The notes below the pieces were generated by a model. That model made no database searches, was not told the DNA's origin, and worked only from the letters and a program-made list of their open reading frames with translations. A DNA stretch of 64,000 bases, from contig CAVUWV010000009.1 in the NCBI GenBank assembly GCA_963745075.1, positions 96,001 through 160,000 of the forward strand, read 5' to 3'. Shown here one piece after another: positions 28,372 through 38,423 of this stretch. The stretch is from Candidatus Hydrogenedentota bacterium. GTDB lineage: Bacteria; Hydrogenedentota; Hydrogenedentia; Hydrogenedentales; SLHB01. Numbering within the stretch: the first letter of the stretch is position 1; each line of letters starts with the position of its first letter. Made by a program: the position numbers and the translations under genes.

Positions 28372-29181
28372 ATGAGACGCAAACGACTAACGAACTGGCA
28401 GAGTAGAAGCGTTGTGATCACCGGCGCATCCAGCGGCATCGGCCGGTTGCTGGCGCTCCGTGTCGCCTCGGAAGGAGCCCGAGTGGCTCTCGTGGCGCGC
28501 CGGGAAGACCGGTTGCGCGAGGTCGCCGAAATGATTCGGGCGCAGGGATCGGAAGCGGTCGTCGTACCCTGCGACGTCGCGAATCGCGACGATGTCGAGA
28601 GCGCCGCCCAAATCGTCCTCGATCGATTTGGCGTCGTGGATGTCTTGGTGAACAACGCCGGATACGGCGGCCACTGCGATTTCCTCGAGTGGGATATTGA
28701 CGACATCGAACGCATGGTCCAGGTCAACTTTCTCGGCAGCGTGTACTGGACCAAGGCGCTTCTTCCGCACATGGTGGAACGCGGTTCGGGATGGCTCGTG
28801 TTCATGGCTTCGGTAGCAGGCAAGATCGGCGTTCCCGGCGAGAGCGCATACTCGGCTACCAAGTTCGCCATGATCGGTCTGGCCGAAGCGATTTCCATCG
28901 AGACCGAAGACAAAGGCGTTCATGTTCTCACCGTATGCCCCGGCGCCATCGACACGGAGTTCTTTGACGAAGCCGCACGAAAACGTATGCCCGACGTAGC
29001 CCTGCGCTCCATGATCCAACCCGAACCCGTCGTAGACGCAGTCATTCGCGCCCTCGCCCGCGGCAAACGCGAAGTCACCGTGCCGAAAAGCATTGCCGCC
29101 GCCTATCCCGTCAAGGCTGTAGCGCCGGGTATCGTCCGCGCCGGCGTCAAACGGAGCACGCGACCCAACCGTAAGGCTTAA
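28372..29181 (+). CDS. Short-chain dehydrogenase/reductase
   Basis: TGASSGIG, NNAG, YSATK. Confidence 0.93.
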   Translation: MRRKRLTNWQSRSVVITGASSGIGRLLALRVASEGARVALVARREDRLREVAEMIRAQGSEAVVVPCDVANRDDVESAAQIVLDRFGVVDVLVNNAGYGGHCDFLEWDIDDIERMVQVNFLGSVYWTKALLPHMVERGSGWLVFMASVAGKIGVPGESAYSATKFAMIGLAEAISIETEDKGVHVLTVCPGAIDTEFFDEAARKRMPDVALRSMIQPEPVVDAVIRALARGKREVTVPKSIAAAYPVKAVAPGIVRAGVKRSTRPNRKA

Positions 29182-30086
29182 CCTCCGCCCGCCGCGTCCC
29201 GTTGTTCCACCCGTTCCAGTTCTTGGTAGTACGGTTCCGTCGCCAACTTTTCGGTGATCATGGGGTGGACGAGGTTGTAGGTTTCGGGCGTGGTGAATTC
29301 TCGCAAATAGGCCCACGCCGCGTTGGATTGGCCCATGTAGCACATTTCGAGGGTCCAGGCGACCAGCGACGACAAGGCGCGCCGGCTTTCCTCGTTCCAC
29401 CGGTCGTATTTGTAGGTGTCCTTGGTCGCCGGGCTGCTTTCAAACGCTTTTCGATACCGATCCGCCTTTTCGCTCAAGACGCTCGTGAATCGGTGGTTCT
29501 GGCACATGTACTTCTTCGCGTCGGCGCGGTACGAAAAAACCACCGTCGGAAACGGGCTCTGTTCCCACGGCAGGTCGAAAAGGTACGCGTAGTGCCGGGA
29601 CACGCCGACAATCTCTGGCCAGCCGTCGTTGTCCAGGTCCTTGACCAGGTTGAAATTAAATTCGCCGACGGAGTGGAAGAGTGATCGGAAGTTGACCTTC
29701 AGACTGATTACGTCAAGCGCGTCCGGTCCGTGGGCGCCGCCCGCGTATCGCAGCACGAACAGGAGGTCGGGGTCCGGCGCCTCCACCGGCCAGAGCATGA
29801 ATCGCATCCAGTCTTCGCGTTCCCCACAGTCGCCAAATTCCATGACGGTTGCGCCGCGCGAGCGAAGTTCGGCAAGCCAGAGTCCTTCGGGATTCTTCAC
29901 CTTCTCGATCTCCCAATCCGGCCCGCGGATGGCCCGGACGCGCAGAAATCCCATCGCGTCCGCCGTATTGGCCGTATTGGTATCGGCCGCGACCACTTCC
30001 GTCTCCGTCGAGTTGGCAGCGGGTTGGGAGAATGCCGTGGTAACGAGTCCAACGTGGAGAAGGACCAATACAATTCGTTGCAGCAT
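29178..30086 (-). CDS. Secreted hypothetical protein
   Basis: Signal peptide MLQRIVLVLLHVGLVTTAFS; one DLDNDGWPEI (FG-GAP/Ca-loop-like) motif. Confidence 0.65.
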   Translation of the reverse strand: MLQRIVLVLLHVGLVTTAFSQPAANSTETEVVAADTNTANTADAMGFLRVRAIRGPDWEIEKVKNPEGLWLAELRSRGATVMEFGDCGEREDWMRFMLWPVEAPDPDLLFVLRYAGGAHGPDALDVISLKVNFRSLFHSVGEFNFNLVKDLDNDGWPEIVGVSRHYAYLFDLPWEQSPFPTVVFSYRADAKKYMCQNHRFTSVLSEKADRYRKAFESSPATKDTYKYDRWNEESRRALSSLVAWTLEMCYMGQSNAAWAYLREFTTPETYNLVHPMITEKLATEPYYQELERVEQRDAAGGG

Positions 30087-30215
30087 ATCGTCTCCAGTCT
30101 CCTGGGTTATACGGTGTTGCGCCTCGACGGGCCTCTCCGAATTGGACACTGCCCGCGTCCATTTGCAACACTACGTTCACTGACCGGCGAACGCTCATCA
30201 CCAGGTAATCATATT

Positions 30216-31212
30216 ATGCACTATCGCCGTCTGGGCTCCAGCGATTTTGATGTGTCCGTGCTCGCATTGGGTGCGTGGCAATTCGGCGATCCGTCTTACT
30301 GGGGCGACACTCCCGAGAAGAAGATACAAGCGACCGTCGATCGCGCCCTCGACGCCGGTATCAATCTATTCGATACCGCGGAAATGTATGGCAACGGCGA
30401 ATCCGAACGGGCGTTGGGCAAAGCCCTTGGCTCTCGCCGGGACGACGTATTCATCGCATCGAAAGTCGTGCCCGAGCACTGCGCTCCCGGCGCATTGCGG
30501 AAGGCCTGCGAAAACAGTCTGCGACGATTGAACACGTCGGCGATCGATCTGTACCAAGTTCACTGGCCCATCCGAGACACCCCCATCGGCGAGGTCTACG
30601 GTGTGCTGGAGCGCTTGCGGGACGAGGGGAAGGTTCGCGCCGCCGGTGTTTCCAATTTCGGCGTTCAAGACCTGACCGAATGGTGCGACGTGGGGGACTG
30701 TGTGTCGAATCAATTGGGATACAACCTGCTCTTTCGCGCGGTCGAATGGGACATCCTGCCCGCATGCCGCGCGAAGGGGGTTGGCGTACTGGCGTACATG
30801 CCCTTGATGCAAGGGTTGCTCTCCGGACGTTGGACGGTTCCCGACGAAGTCCCCACGCAACGGCGCCGCACGCGCCACTTTTCCCGCGACCGCGACGGCA
30901 CAAGGCACGGCGAAGCGGGATGCGAGACGGAAACGTTTCAAGCGCTCGACGGGTTACGCAAAATTGCAGACGATTTGGGTCAGTCCAATGGCAACAGTCG
31001 CGCTGGCGTGGCTTCTTGCAAGGCCGGGCGTCACGTCGATCGTCGTCGGCGGCCGGAATCCGGAACAGGTGTCGCGCAATCTTGCCGCCGCCGAGTTGAC
31101 ACTCGATCAGAGCGACGATCGACGAGCTGGACCGAATCACAGACCCCCTGAAACTGCATTTCGGCGTCAATGCCGACTTGTGGGAGTCCGGTCCGACTGC
31201 CGAATTCGATAA
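30216..31212 (+). CDS. Aldo/keto reductase; several apparent indels in 30980-31200
   Basis: FDTAEMYGNGESE, IDLYQVHWP, GVSNF, YMPLMQGLL; continues in other frames as MATVALAWLL and IDELDRITDPLK. Confidence 0.88.
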
Positions 31213-31226
31213 GCAGTGGAGCTCCG

Positions 31227-32228
31227 CTATTTCCCCCAGCGAACCTTCTGGGCGCGCTCCGAAAGCCAACCGCACTGTATCGCGAGCCGCTCCATCCAGG
31301 AGGCTGCCGTGTGACCCGCAACGATAGCGCCCTGTTGCTGGATCTGATACGACACCGTCGCGATATGCTTGACGCCGACCGCATAGTAAAGGGCGGCTTC
31401 CTCGTAATACGACAACGTCCGATAGCGCTGGTAGTGGTCCAGTAATTGATCGGTCCGTTTCGCCAGCCGCTCTTCCCGCATCGTCGTTCGTACGCAGAGA
31501 TTGGAGATTGCGTACGCCAAATCCTCCAGGTAGCAGCCGTCGCCCGCGAACTCGAGATCGACGATGGCTGTGAGATGCGCTTCCTGAAATATCAGGTTTC
31601 CGCTGTGCCAGTCGCCGTGGATGAGACCCGTCTCAAATCGCCCGCGTTGCTCCAAGCTTAACGCCTCCCCGGCATCGCGCAGGAAGAGGGCGATTCGATT
31701 GCAGTGCGCGTTGAGTTCGTCCGGTTCGGCCTGCGTCTTCGCCATATCGTACAGCGCCGCAAAGGACGAACGCGGCACTTCGCTGAACCGCCACATCCGC
31801 GTATCCCGTTCCGGCCGGGGAAAATCGCGGCACACCTCGTGGAATCTGCCGAGTGCTTCCGCCGAAATCGCCAGCGTCTCTTTCGAGACCACCATGGGTT
31901 CGCCCCCGACGAATTCCTGCAGCTCCAGCGCCCAGGTCTCGAGTTCGACGATCCGTTTCCCGTCGTTGGCCGGTTGGATGGCGGCCACGGGGAGATTGTT
32001 TTGCGCGAGAAAGTCCGACAATCGGTGCTGAAAGCGCAGCGCGTCCAGCACGTAGGGGTCCCGCTTATACGTCTTGGCAAGAAACCGGCCCCGCGATGTG
32101 TTGACCACAATCTTCTGATGGCGGCGCTGATGGGCCGCCTCCAACGGAGCCGGGCGTTCGACCGTTCCCAGATCGTAGTACTCGCGGATGACCTCTGCCA
32201 ATATGTCGAGGGAATCCCGGGTGCTCAC
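31227..32228 (-). CDS. APH/homoserine-kinase-type-II-like phosphotransferase
   Basis: LIHGDWHSGN and IVDLE motifs. Confidence 0.85.
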   Translation of the reverse strand: MSTRDSLDILAEVIREYYDLGTVERPAPLEAAHQRRHQKIVVNTSRGRFLAKTYKRDPYVLDALRFQHRLSDFLAQNNLPVAAIQPANDGKRIVELETWALELQEFVGGEPMVVSKETLAISAEALGRFHEVCRDFPRPERDTRMWRFSEVPRSSFAALYDMAKTQAEPDELNAHCNRIALFLRDAGEALSLEQRGRFETGLIHGDWHSGNLIFQEAHLTAIVDLEFAGDGCYLEDLAYAISNLCVRTTMREERLAKRTDQLLDHYQRYRTLSYYEEAALYYAVGVKHIATVSYQIQQQGAIVAGHTAASWMERLAIQCGWLSERAQKVRWGK

Positions 32229-34441
32229 GGAATCGTCAAAACCTTCTCCGACTCGTGATGCGCCTCGATTTCCTCCCGCGTAAACCAGGTGGGCTTGAGT
32301 TCCCGCTTCGAGTACAGTTGTTGGGCCTGATCCGCGTAGTGTGGCGAATCCGGATGGCCGCTTTCACCCCAAGGCGTGCACGTGTACGATTCAATTCCGT
32401 CCTTATGGAAGAACATCAACATCGTCGCCATGGAACCATTATGAGCGACGAAGTGTCCGGGATGATCCGGGTCGTTGATGCATTTCACGTCGAACATGGT
32501 CTCGGTGAAATTCGGACCGTCGGTGGAACCACCGAAATCGGCCCCCGGCGCCGGGTACAGGAAGTCGCCCCGTCCCACCTTGTACAGATCGCCCCAGGCC
32601 ACATCAACGGAACCGTACTGCGTCACGAACTCGTCTATCGTGTTTTTCAAAATATCCAACAGCGTCTTCTTTGCGTCCGGGGTCAAGGTCTCCCGGTTGA
32701 AGATCGCCGTCACGTCCACCTTCCCGTTGCAGTTGAGCCGCCAGTTTTTGTAGATCGGCGTGGCCATGCTGTCGACCGTGAAGTTTCCATCCCATTCGAG
32801 GATGCGGTTGGCAACCGTCGCAAACGCGGCGTCGCTCATGTAGTCGTCGCCGGCCACATCCAATGCCCCTTGAAGGGCCGCCTTCCAAGGCTCGGCCAGG
32901 ATGTCGTACACGTCCATCACGTACGATTTGGCCTGATCCTTGGTAATGGAATCGTTCTGCGACAACAACGACGTGATCCGTTTGCCGCGCGGGTTCGTCA
33001 CGTCCCAGGTCACGTTGTAAATGTAGTCGATGTATTTGTCCGGCGTCATCGGCGAATCCAACATCATGTTGGCAGGGCTGATATTGCAGTTCTGCATATA
33101 GCCCTGCGGCGGATTCACGATGCGGACCAGATCGTCGATGGGATGGAGCTTCGTCCAAATGGTGTCCGCGTTCGCGGGTACCGGTGCACTCCAGTCGTAC
33201 CCCGGCGCGCGAACCGGCGTCTTGCCGGCGCGAAGGTAGCCGATGTTGCCGTCGCGATCCGCGTACATCAAGTTTTGTTCCATGAACTCATTCATAGAGA
33301 GCGCATCGTAAAACTCATCTGCATTCTTCGCGGTCAACATTTCGTACGTCTGTTCGTACAACCGGCTGGGGCCGAAATACGGTGAAGCGCCCACGTACCC
33401 GATTCCGGCGTCCTCATCCAGCTCCACGATGGGTCCCAACTCGGTGTCCGCCGTAGGCTGCGTCACCGGATCCTTCCCTTTAACGTTTACGATCATCAGT
33501 CGCGGACTGGCCGTCTTCCACTCGCCGTTGAGTTCGTATTTCGGCATGAGCTTGTTGGAGAGGTCCAACTTTACTTCAAACACATCCGACGTATCCGGGC
33601 CGCCGGTCGTGGGGGCCCACCCCACGTATTCGCTGTGACCGAATCCCAGAAGCGGGGACCCCAGCAGGAAGAAGCCGTTCATGTGGAGCGCGTCGCCGTG
33701 CACCCGGGCCTCGTAAAACAGGGCCAAGCCTTCCCATGTAAGATGGGGATCCGTCAACAGGATGGCGCAGTGGTCGGCCGTCCGCGCCGGTGAGACGCTC
33801 CATTCGTTCGAACCCATCGGCGGTTTCTTTTTGCGATTGTGAAGGTCGTCGAAAATCGTGCCCAGCGGCCACCGCATGATCATGGCGCGGCCAATCGCCG
33901 AACAGTGCCATGGCTCCAGTTCAACCGCCCAGTCCGGCACGTCCTCCGGATGTTCGTTCGCGTATTGATTCACGCCCGCGACAAAATTCTCGGACAACGC
34001 ACGCAGGTTCTCCGGAGCTTCGGCCCAGTGATCCTGGGATACTTTCGCGTTCTGCACGAGCTGCATCGACATATCCGTCTCGACGAAATCGGGGCCGAAC
34101 ACCTCGGCTGCCGTGCCCGTCGCCGTTCGGACGTTCGCATAGATGTCCGCAAGGCGATCTTCCGCCTGGGCGTACCCTAGACCGTAAGCCGCGGCCGTAT
34201 CGGAATCGGCGTAAATATGCGGAACGCCCCATCGGTCCCGATATATGGTGACGGTCTCTTGGGCCTTGGCAACGGCCGGCTCTCCGGACGGCGGCTGCGC
34301 TTCGGAGGCCGCTGGCCCAGTCGAAGTGGTCTCGGTTTGGGCCGGTGGAGTCACCGCCGGTCCCGTTTGAGGGCCACCGCACCCCAAACCGCACAGCAAC
34401 ACGCCGACGGTGAGCAAACATAAGATTGGCAACGACTTCAT
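32225..34441 (-). CDS. Penicillin acylase-family Ntn hydrolase, lipoprotein
   Basis: RDRWGVPHIYA, GYAQAEDR, GSNEW nucleophile site, GESGHPDSPHYADQ; lipobox-like GLGC. Confidence 0.92.
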   Translation of the reverse strand: MKSLPILCLLTVGVLLCGLGCGGPQTGPAVTPPAQTETTSTGPAASEAQPPSGEPAVAKAQETVTIYRDRWGVPHIYADSDTAAAYGLGYAQAEDRLADIYANVRTATGTAAEVFGPDFVETDMSMQLVQNAKVSQDHWAEAPENLRALSENFVAGVNQYANEHPEDVPDWAVELEPWHCSAIGRAMIMRWPLGTIFDDLHNRKKKPPMGSNEWSVSPARTADHCAILLTDPHLTWEGLALFYEARVHGDALHMNGFFLLGSPLLGFGHSEYVGWAPTTGGPDTSDVFEVKLDLSNKLMPKYELNGEWKTASPRLMIVNVKGKDPVTQPTADTELGPIVELDEDAGIGYVGASPYFGPSRLYEQTYEMLTAKNADEFYDALSMNEFMEQNLMYADRDGNIGYLRAGKTPVRAPGYDWSAPVPANADTIWTKLHPIDDLVRIVNPPQGYMQNCNISPANMMLDSPMTPDKYIDYIYNVTWDVTNPRGKRITSLLSQNDSITKDQAKSYVMDVYDILAEPWKAALQGALDVAGDDYMSDAAFATVANRILEWDGNFTVDSMATPIYKNWRLNCNGKVDVTAIFNRETLTPDAKKTLLDILKNTIDEFVTQYGSVDVAWGDLYKVGRGDFLYPAPGADFGGSTDGPNFTETMFDVKCINDPDHPGHFVAHNGSMATMLMFFHKDGIESYTCTPWGESGHPDSPHYADQAQQLYSKRELKPTWFTREEIEAHHESEKVLTIP

Positions 34442-34587
34442 CGATCTCTCCTGGTACGGGAATACTCCTTAATGCGATACCGGTCCCCCGAGTTGACTCC
34501 GGTAGCCGACAGAGTGAACGCCGGAGCAGTGTACACGAAAGTGGCAAAGATTTCAGCGTTCTGGACGCGTGATTTGCGGTCCGTCAA

Positions 34588-34616
34588 TTGACAGTACTGG
34601 GAGCATATGTTACCAT
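34588..34616 (+). promoter_or_regulatory. Strong sigma70 promoter
   Basis: TTGACA(34588-34593)-N17-TACCAT(34611-34616) with TG extension. Confidence 0.7.
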
Positions 34617-34622
34617 ACAGAA

Positions 34623-35306
34623 GTGAAAAAAGTAAGAAACGGTGGTCTCTTCGTTTGGGCGCTCATGATTGCGCTCGGGGTCTGTGTAGGTCTCGTCTTT
34701 GGAGCGTCACGCCTCACTGGCGGAAAGAAACTCAATGGAGCGGTTTCTATCGCTCCCGCCGCTGTAATGGGGGCTCCCGAAGCCGAAGATCAGTATATTG
34801 CGGCCGCACTCCGCTACGCCCGGGCGTTGCAGGACGGCTTTTGTGAAGAGGTAATCCGGAGCACTGCCTGGATGGATGACCGCTTGCATCGGGTTGCGAT
34901 GGAATCTTCCGGACAGGAGACCATTGACAACACCTGGGACTCCCTCTGCAAGAAGGTGATGGATCGCTCCATTGAAGGAAACCTCCTGGTTCCCGAGGGA
35001 ATTGAAGATCAGTACGTATTCGCTCCAGGGGTGACGATGGAAGTAGTGGGAACCGATGCCGGCCGGCAAGACTTGGATCGTCCGGTCGCCGAGCGCGTTT
35101 GGATACGTGCGACCTTCCCCCGAAAACAAACGGCGCCGTTGGCGCGTGCCGACGGCGGCTCCCGGATGCTGGCCGTTCGCGCAATGACCGTAGGCGTGGA
35201 CATAACCCGTGACGACCGGCTGGTCGCGAAAGCCGGGGTCATCGGGAACCTGGAGATTGACACGAGTTCGTTGTCGTTTGATTGGACTGCCGCTAACGGA
35301 GGGTAA
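34623..35306 (+). CDS. Membrane-anchored hypothetical protein
   Basis: GTG 34623 then KKVRNGG plus a TM helix; start uncertain. Confidence 0.6.
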   Translation: MKKVRNGGLFVWALMIALGVCVGLVFGASRLTGGKKLNGAVSIAPAAVMGAPEAEDQYIAAALRYARALQDGFCEEVIRSTAWMDDRLHRVAMESSGQETIDNTWDSLCKKVMDRSIEGNLLVPEGIEDQYVFAPGVTMEVVGTDAGRQDLDRPVAERVWIRATFPRKQTAPLARADGGSRMLAVRAMTVGVDITRDDRLVAKAGVIGNLEIDTSSLSFDWTAANGG

Positions 35307-35310
35307 TGGC

Positions 35311-35760
35311 ATGGCTTTAGCGAGTTGTCAACGTTGCAAGAAGTTGTTCGAAAAGATCCGGAGCCCCATTTGCCCAGGTTGCGAAGATCTCGAGGAGGAG
35401 GACTACGAGAAAGTCCGTCAAGCCCTGGTGGACCACCCCAACTCGTCCGCGGAACAGCTCTCCGATGTAACCGGCGTTACCATTGAATGCGTATTGCGAC
35501 TGCTTGCTCAAGGACGCATCCAGACTGCGGCGGCAAATCTTGGCGTCAAGTGCGGACGATGCGGGGCGCCCGCGATCAGTGTGAGCAAAAAGCTTTGTGA
35601 AGCTTGCCTGCAAAAGCTGAACGCACAGTTGGCGCAACAGCAGGGAAAGATCAAACTGCCGAAAAAGAAAGCGGTGGAGATGGGTACGGCCTTCAATACC
35701 TTCGAATTCGACAAGGATAAGGTTAAGGACAAAAAAGGGGGAACCAAGTTCAACCGCTGA
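35311..35760 (+). CDS. YvyF/TIGR03826-like zinc-ribbon plus HTH protein with second Cys cluster
   Basis: CQRCKKLF...ICPGC...EDYEKVRQAL...LSDVTGV...GRI; then CGRCG...LCEAC. Confidence 0.7.
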   Translation: MALASCQRCKKLFEKIRSPICPGCEDLEEEDYEKVRQALVDHPNSSAEQLSDVTGVTIECVLRLLAQGRIQTAAANLGVKCGRCGAPAISVSKKLCEACLQKLNAQLAQQQGKIKLPKKKAVEMGTAFNTFEFDKDKVKDKKGGTKFNR

Positions 35761-35870
35761 ACGTGACGCTCAACCGTTGCGGCGCTTCGTTCCGGCCGCT
35801 ATAATTCCGAAATACTCCCGCGTGCTTGGATAGCGAGGAGAATCCGGTTGGTCGGTGGGAACCCATTCAA

Positions 35871-36032
35871 ATGACAAGACGAGACCGAATCGGTATTGTT
35901 GTTCTAATTGCACTCTTTGTGCTGCTGATCGTGACGCTCATACTTGTTTCAAAACCGAAAGGTCCGGCGATCCGTCCGGAAGAAAGCGTTTTTGTACAGC
36001 AGCGTATCAAGAATCTTGAAAAGAGCCGGTAG
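35871..36032 (+). CDS. Small single-pass membrane protein
   Basis: MTRRDRIGIVVLIALFVLLIVTLILVSKPK; ends 2 bp before the amidase ORF. Confidence 0.55.
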   Translation: MTRRDRIGIVVLIALFVLLIVTLILVSKPKGPAIRPEESVFVQQRIKNLEKSR

Positions 36033-36034
36033 AC

Positions 36035-36943
36035 GTGGCCATACTTTTTCCCCGTAAGATGCTCCAACCCGCAACGTCGCGCATCGAAGTGAATGAAGCT
36101 CCTCATCTGCGACTGCCGCAGCCGCTTTCCTGGATGATTCACGCGTTCCTGGCGATCGCTGTGGCCGCGTCGTTTTCGATTTCCGCTTGTGCCGCGAATG
36201 CCGGCGGAAGCGAGAACCCGACCGGTGCCGGCGCCGTCGCTACGGAAGAATTGCCGGAGCCGGGCGCCCCGGCCGTGGAACCGGGTGTCGAGCCCCGTGC
36301 CGAACCTGGCACCGAGTCCACGGGCGGCGCCGAAATCCCGAAGGAGCAGCGTCCGGTCGTGATACTCGATGCCGGACACGGTGGCGGCGATACGGGAGAG
36401 ACGGGGGGCAATGGAACTGAGGAAAAAGAAATCGTTTTGCAGATTGCACGCGCCGCAGGGGAACTGCTGGCCGATGCATGCAAAGTCGTCTTGACGCGGC
36501 GCGAAGATGTGGCCCTCTCGCCGGAACAGCGCGCAAGCGACGCCAACTACCAGCGGGGAAACGTTTTCGTCAGTATTCACACCGGCGCCAGCGGCACTCC
36601 CGCAGCCAATGGAATCGAACTCTTCGTCCCGACGAGTACGATTACGACCGCCGCGGGCCGCACCATTGCAGTGAGTGCGGACGATTCATCCGGCGAACTG
36701 AGCCGGCGGCTGGCGCAGCAACTTTCGAGTGCGTTGCAGGCAACCACCTCGGCGAGCCCTCGCGGCATTCATAGTGCGCCATGCCGAGTGTTCAAGGGGC
36801 TTACCATGCCCGCCGTGCTGATCGAAGTTGGATTCATCACAAATCCGGTCGAGGAAGATCTCCTTGCCGGCGAGGATTATCAGCGTTCGATCGCGGAAGG
36901 GATCGCCTCGGGGATTCGCGCATTTTTGTCGTCCACGCGCTGA
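36035..36943 (+). CDS. N-acetylmuramoyl-L-alanine amidase (Amidase_3)
   Basis: VILDAGHGG, EKEIVL, LTR, FVSIH, PAVLIEVGFITN; start uncertain. Confidence 0.9.
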   Translation: MAILFPRKMLQPATSRIEVNEAPHLRLPQPLSWMIHAFLAIAVAASFSISACAANAGGSENPTGAGAVATEELPEPGAPAVEPGVEPRAEPGTESTGGAEIPKEQRPVVILDAGHGGGDTGETGGNGTEEKEIVLQIARAAGELLADACKVVLTRREDVALSPEQRASDANYQRGNVFVSIHTGASGTPAANGIELFVPTSTITTAAGRTIAVSADDSSGELSRRLAQQLSSALQATTSASPRGIHSAPCRVFKGLTMPAVLIEVGFITNPVEEDLLAGEDYQRSIAEGIASGIRAFLSSTR

Positions 36944-36959
36944 CGGAGCTGCATTCGGA

Positions 36960-37622
36960 ATGGCGAACACAAATCAGATGTCTTTTACCCGGAAGGTCCT
37001 CCTTGCGCTATGGGCCATGGCGACCCTGATCCTGCTCTTTTCGGTAGTACTACTCACCAGTGAATTGATTCGGTTGGGACACAACCCCCTCACATTGCCG
37101 GAAGTCTTGCCCGACCCCATTGCTTCTGTGGCCCCTTCCGAGCCCAGCACCGAGGCGCGCGATGTGACGTTGTATTTCGCGACCGCGGATGCGCGCCTGC
37201 TTTCCGGCGAGTCGCGGAGTCTATCGCATAGCGAAAGCACCGTGGAAAACTGTCGCGCCGCCTTGGATGCGTTAATCGAGGGACCGTTGCCACCGCTTCA
37301 CGCGCTCATTCCGAAGGCGGTGGACGTCCGCGGCATGTGGCTGCTGGACAGCGGGGAACTGGTCGTCGATTTCACGTATCCCCTTCAGGAAGCGCGTAAG
37401 AGCGTATCGGAAGAAGCGCTGCTTGTGTACAGCGTGGTCGACACGCTCGCGCAACCCACCCTGCAAGGGAGTGATAAGAAGCAAGTTCGAAGCGTTCGTC
37501 TCTTGATTGGCGGTCTTCCGCCAACCAACCTGTATCCCGCTCATCTCGACCTCTCCGGCGCTTTGACGCCGGATTCCCAGTGGATCGCGGCGCCAGAAAC
37601 CGAGCAGCCCAGCGATGCATGA
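36960..37622 (+). CDS. GerMN domain protein
   Basis: VTLYFA, ALIEGP, VVDF, VYSVVDTL, VRLLIGG, HLDLS; typical amidase-GerMN-murI context. Confidence 0.85.
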   Translation: MANTNQMSFTRKVLLALWAMATLILLFSVVLLTSELIRLGHNPLTLPEVLPDPIASVAPSEPSTEARDVTLYFATADARLLSGESRSLSHSESTVENCRAALDALIEGPLPPLHALIPKAVDVRGMWLLDSGELVVDFTYPLQEARKSVSEEALLVYSVVDTLAQPTLQGSDKKQVRSVRLLIGGLPPTNLYPAHLDLSGALTPDSQWIAAPETEQPSDA

Positions 37623-38421
37623 GTTTCAGGCCCCGCTCGGAATATTCGACTCCGGCGTGGGCGGCCTGACCGTCCTGCGCCGCATCTTCGAACGGCTACC
37701 GCGCGAATCCGCCGTGTACCTGGGCGACACGGCGCGCGTTCCCTACGGCACTAAGTCGGCCGAAACGGTGATCCGGTACGCACGCGGCTGCGCCCGCATC
37801 CTGCTGAAACGCCGTATCAAGATGCTCGTCGTTGCGTGCAATACCGCGTCCGCCTATGCCATCGACACGCTCCGCGAGGAGTTGTCCATCCCCGTGTTGG
37901 GTGTGATAGAACCGGGCGCACAACGGGCGGTCGCCGCGACGCGCTCCGGGAGAATCGGCGTAATCGGCACCGCCGGAACGATCGCCAGTCGCCGGTACCA
38001 AGACGTAATCGAAGGGCTCGCGCCGGGATGTTACGTTGGGTGCAAGCCGTGTCCGTTGTTTGTCCCGTTGGCCGAAGAAGGCTGGATCGACGGGGACATC
38101 CCACGCCGGATCGCGACGGCTTACCTGCGGGACTTGCTTGACCAGGGGATCGACACGTTGCTTCTGGGGTGCACGCACTATCCGTTGTTGAAGGCTGCGA
38201 TTGCAGACGTTGCGGGTCCCGATGTCCAGATTGTAGACAGCGCCGATGCAACCTCCACCGTTGTCCAGGAGACGCTCGATGCCATGGGGTCCCACGGCGA
38301 CCCGGTGGCGGAGCCGGAATACACCTATCTCGTGACGGACGGACCCGACACGTTCGCACGCGTCGGACGTCAGTTTCTTGGACACGCAATCGAGCGGGTG
38401 GAATGGGTGGATGTGTCGTGA
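37615..38421 (+). CDS. murI: Glutamate racemase
   Basis: GIFDSGVGGLTV, DTARVPYG, VACNTAS, LGCTHYP. Confidence 0.97.
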   Translation: MHEFQAPLGIFDSGVGGLTVLRRIFERLPRESAVYLGDTARVPYGTKSAETVIRYARGCARILLKRRIKMLVVACNTASAYAIDTLREELSIPVLGVIEPGAQRAVAATRSGRIGVIGTAGTIASRRYQDVIEGLAPGCYVGCKPCPLFVPLAEEGWIDGDIPRRIATAYLRDLLDQGIDTLLLGCTHYPLLKAAIADVAGPDVQIVDSADATSTVVQETLDAMGSHGDPVAEPEYTYLVTDGPDTFARVGRQFLGHAIERVEWVDVS

Positions 38422-38423
38422 CG

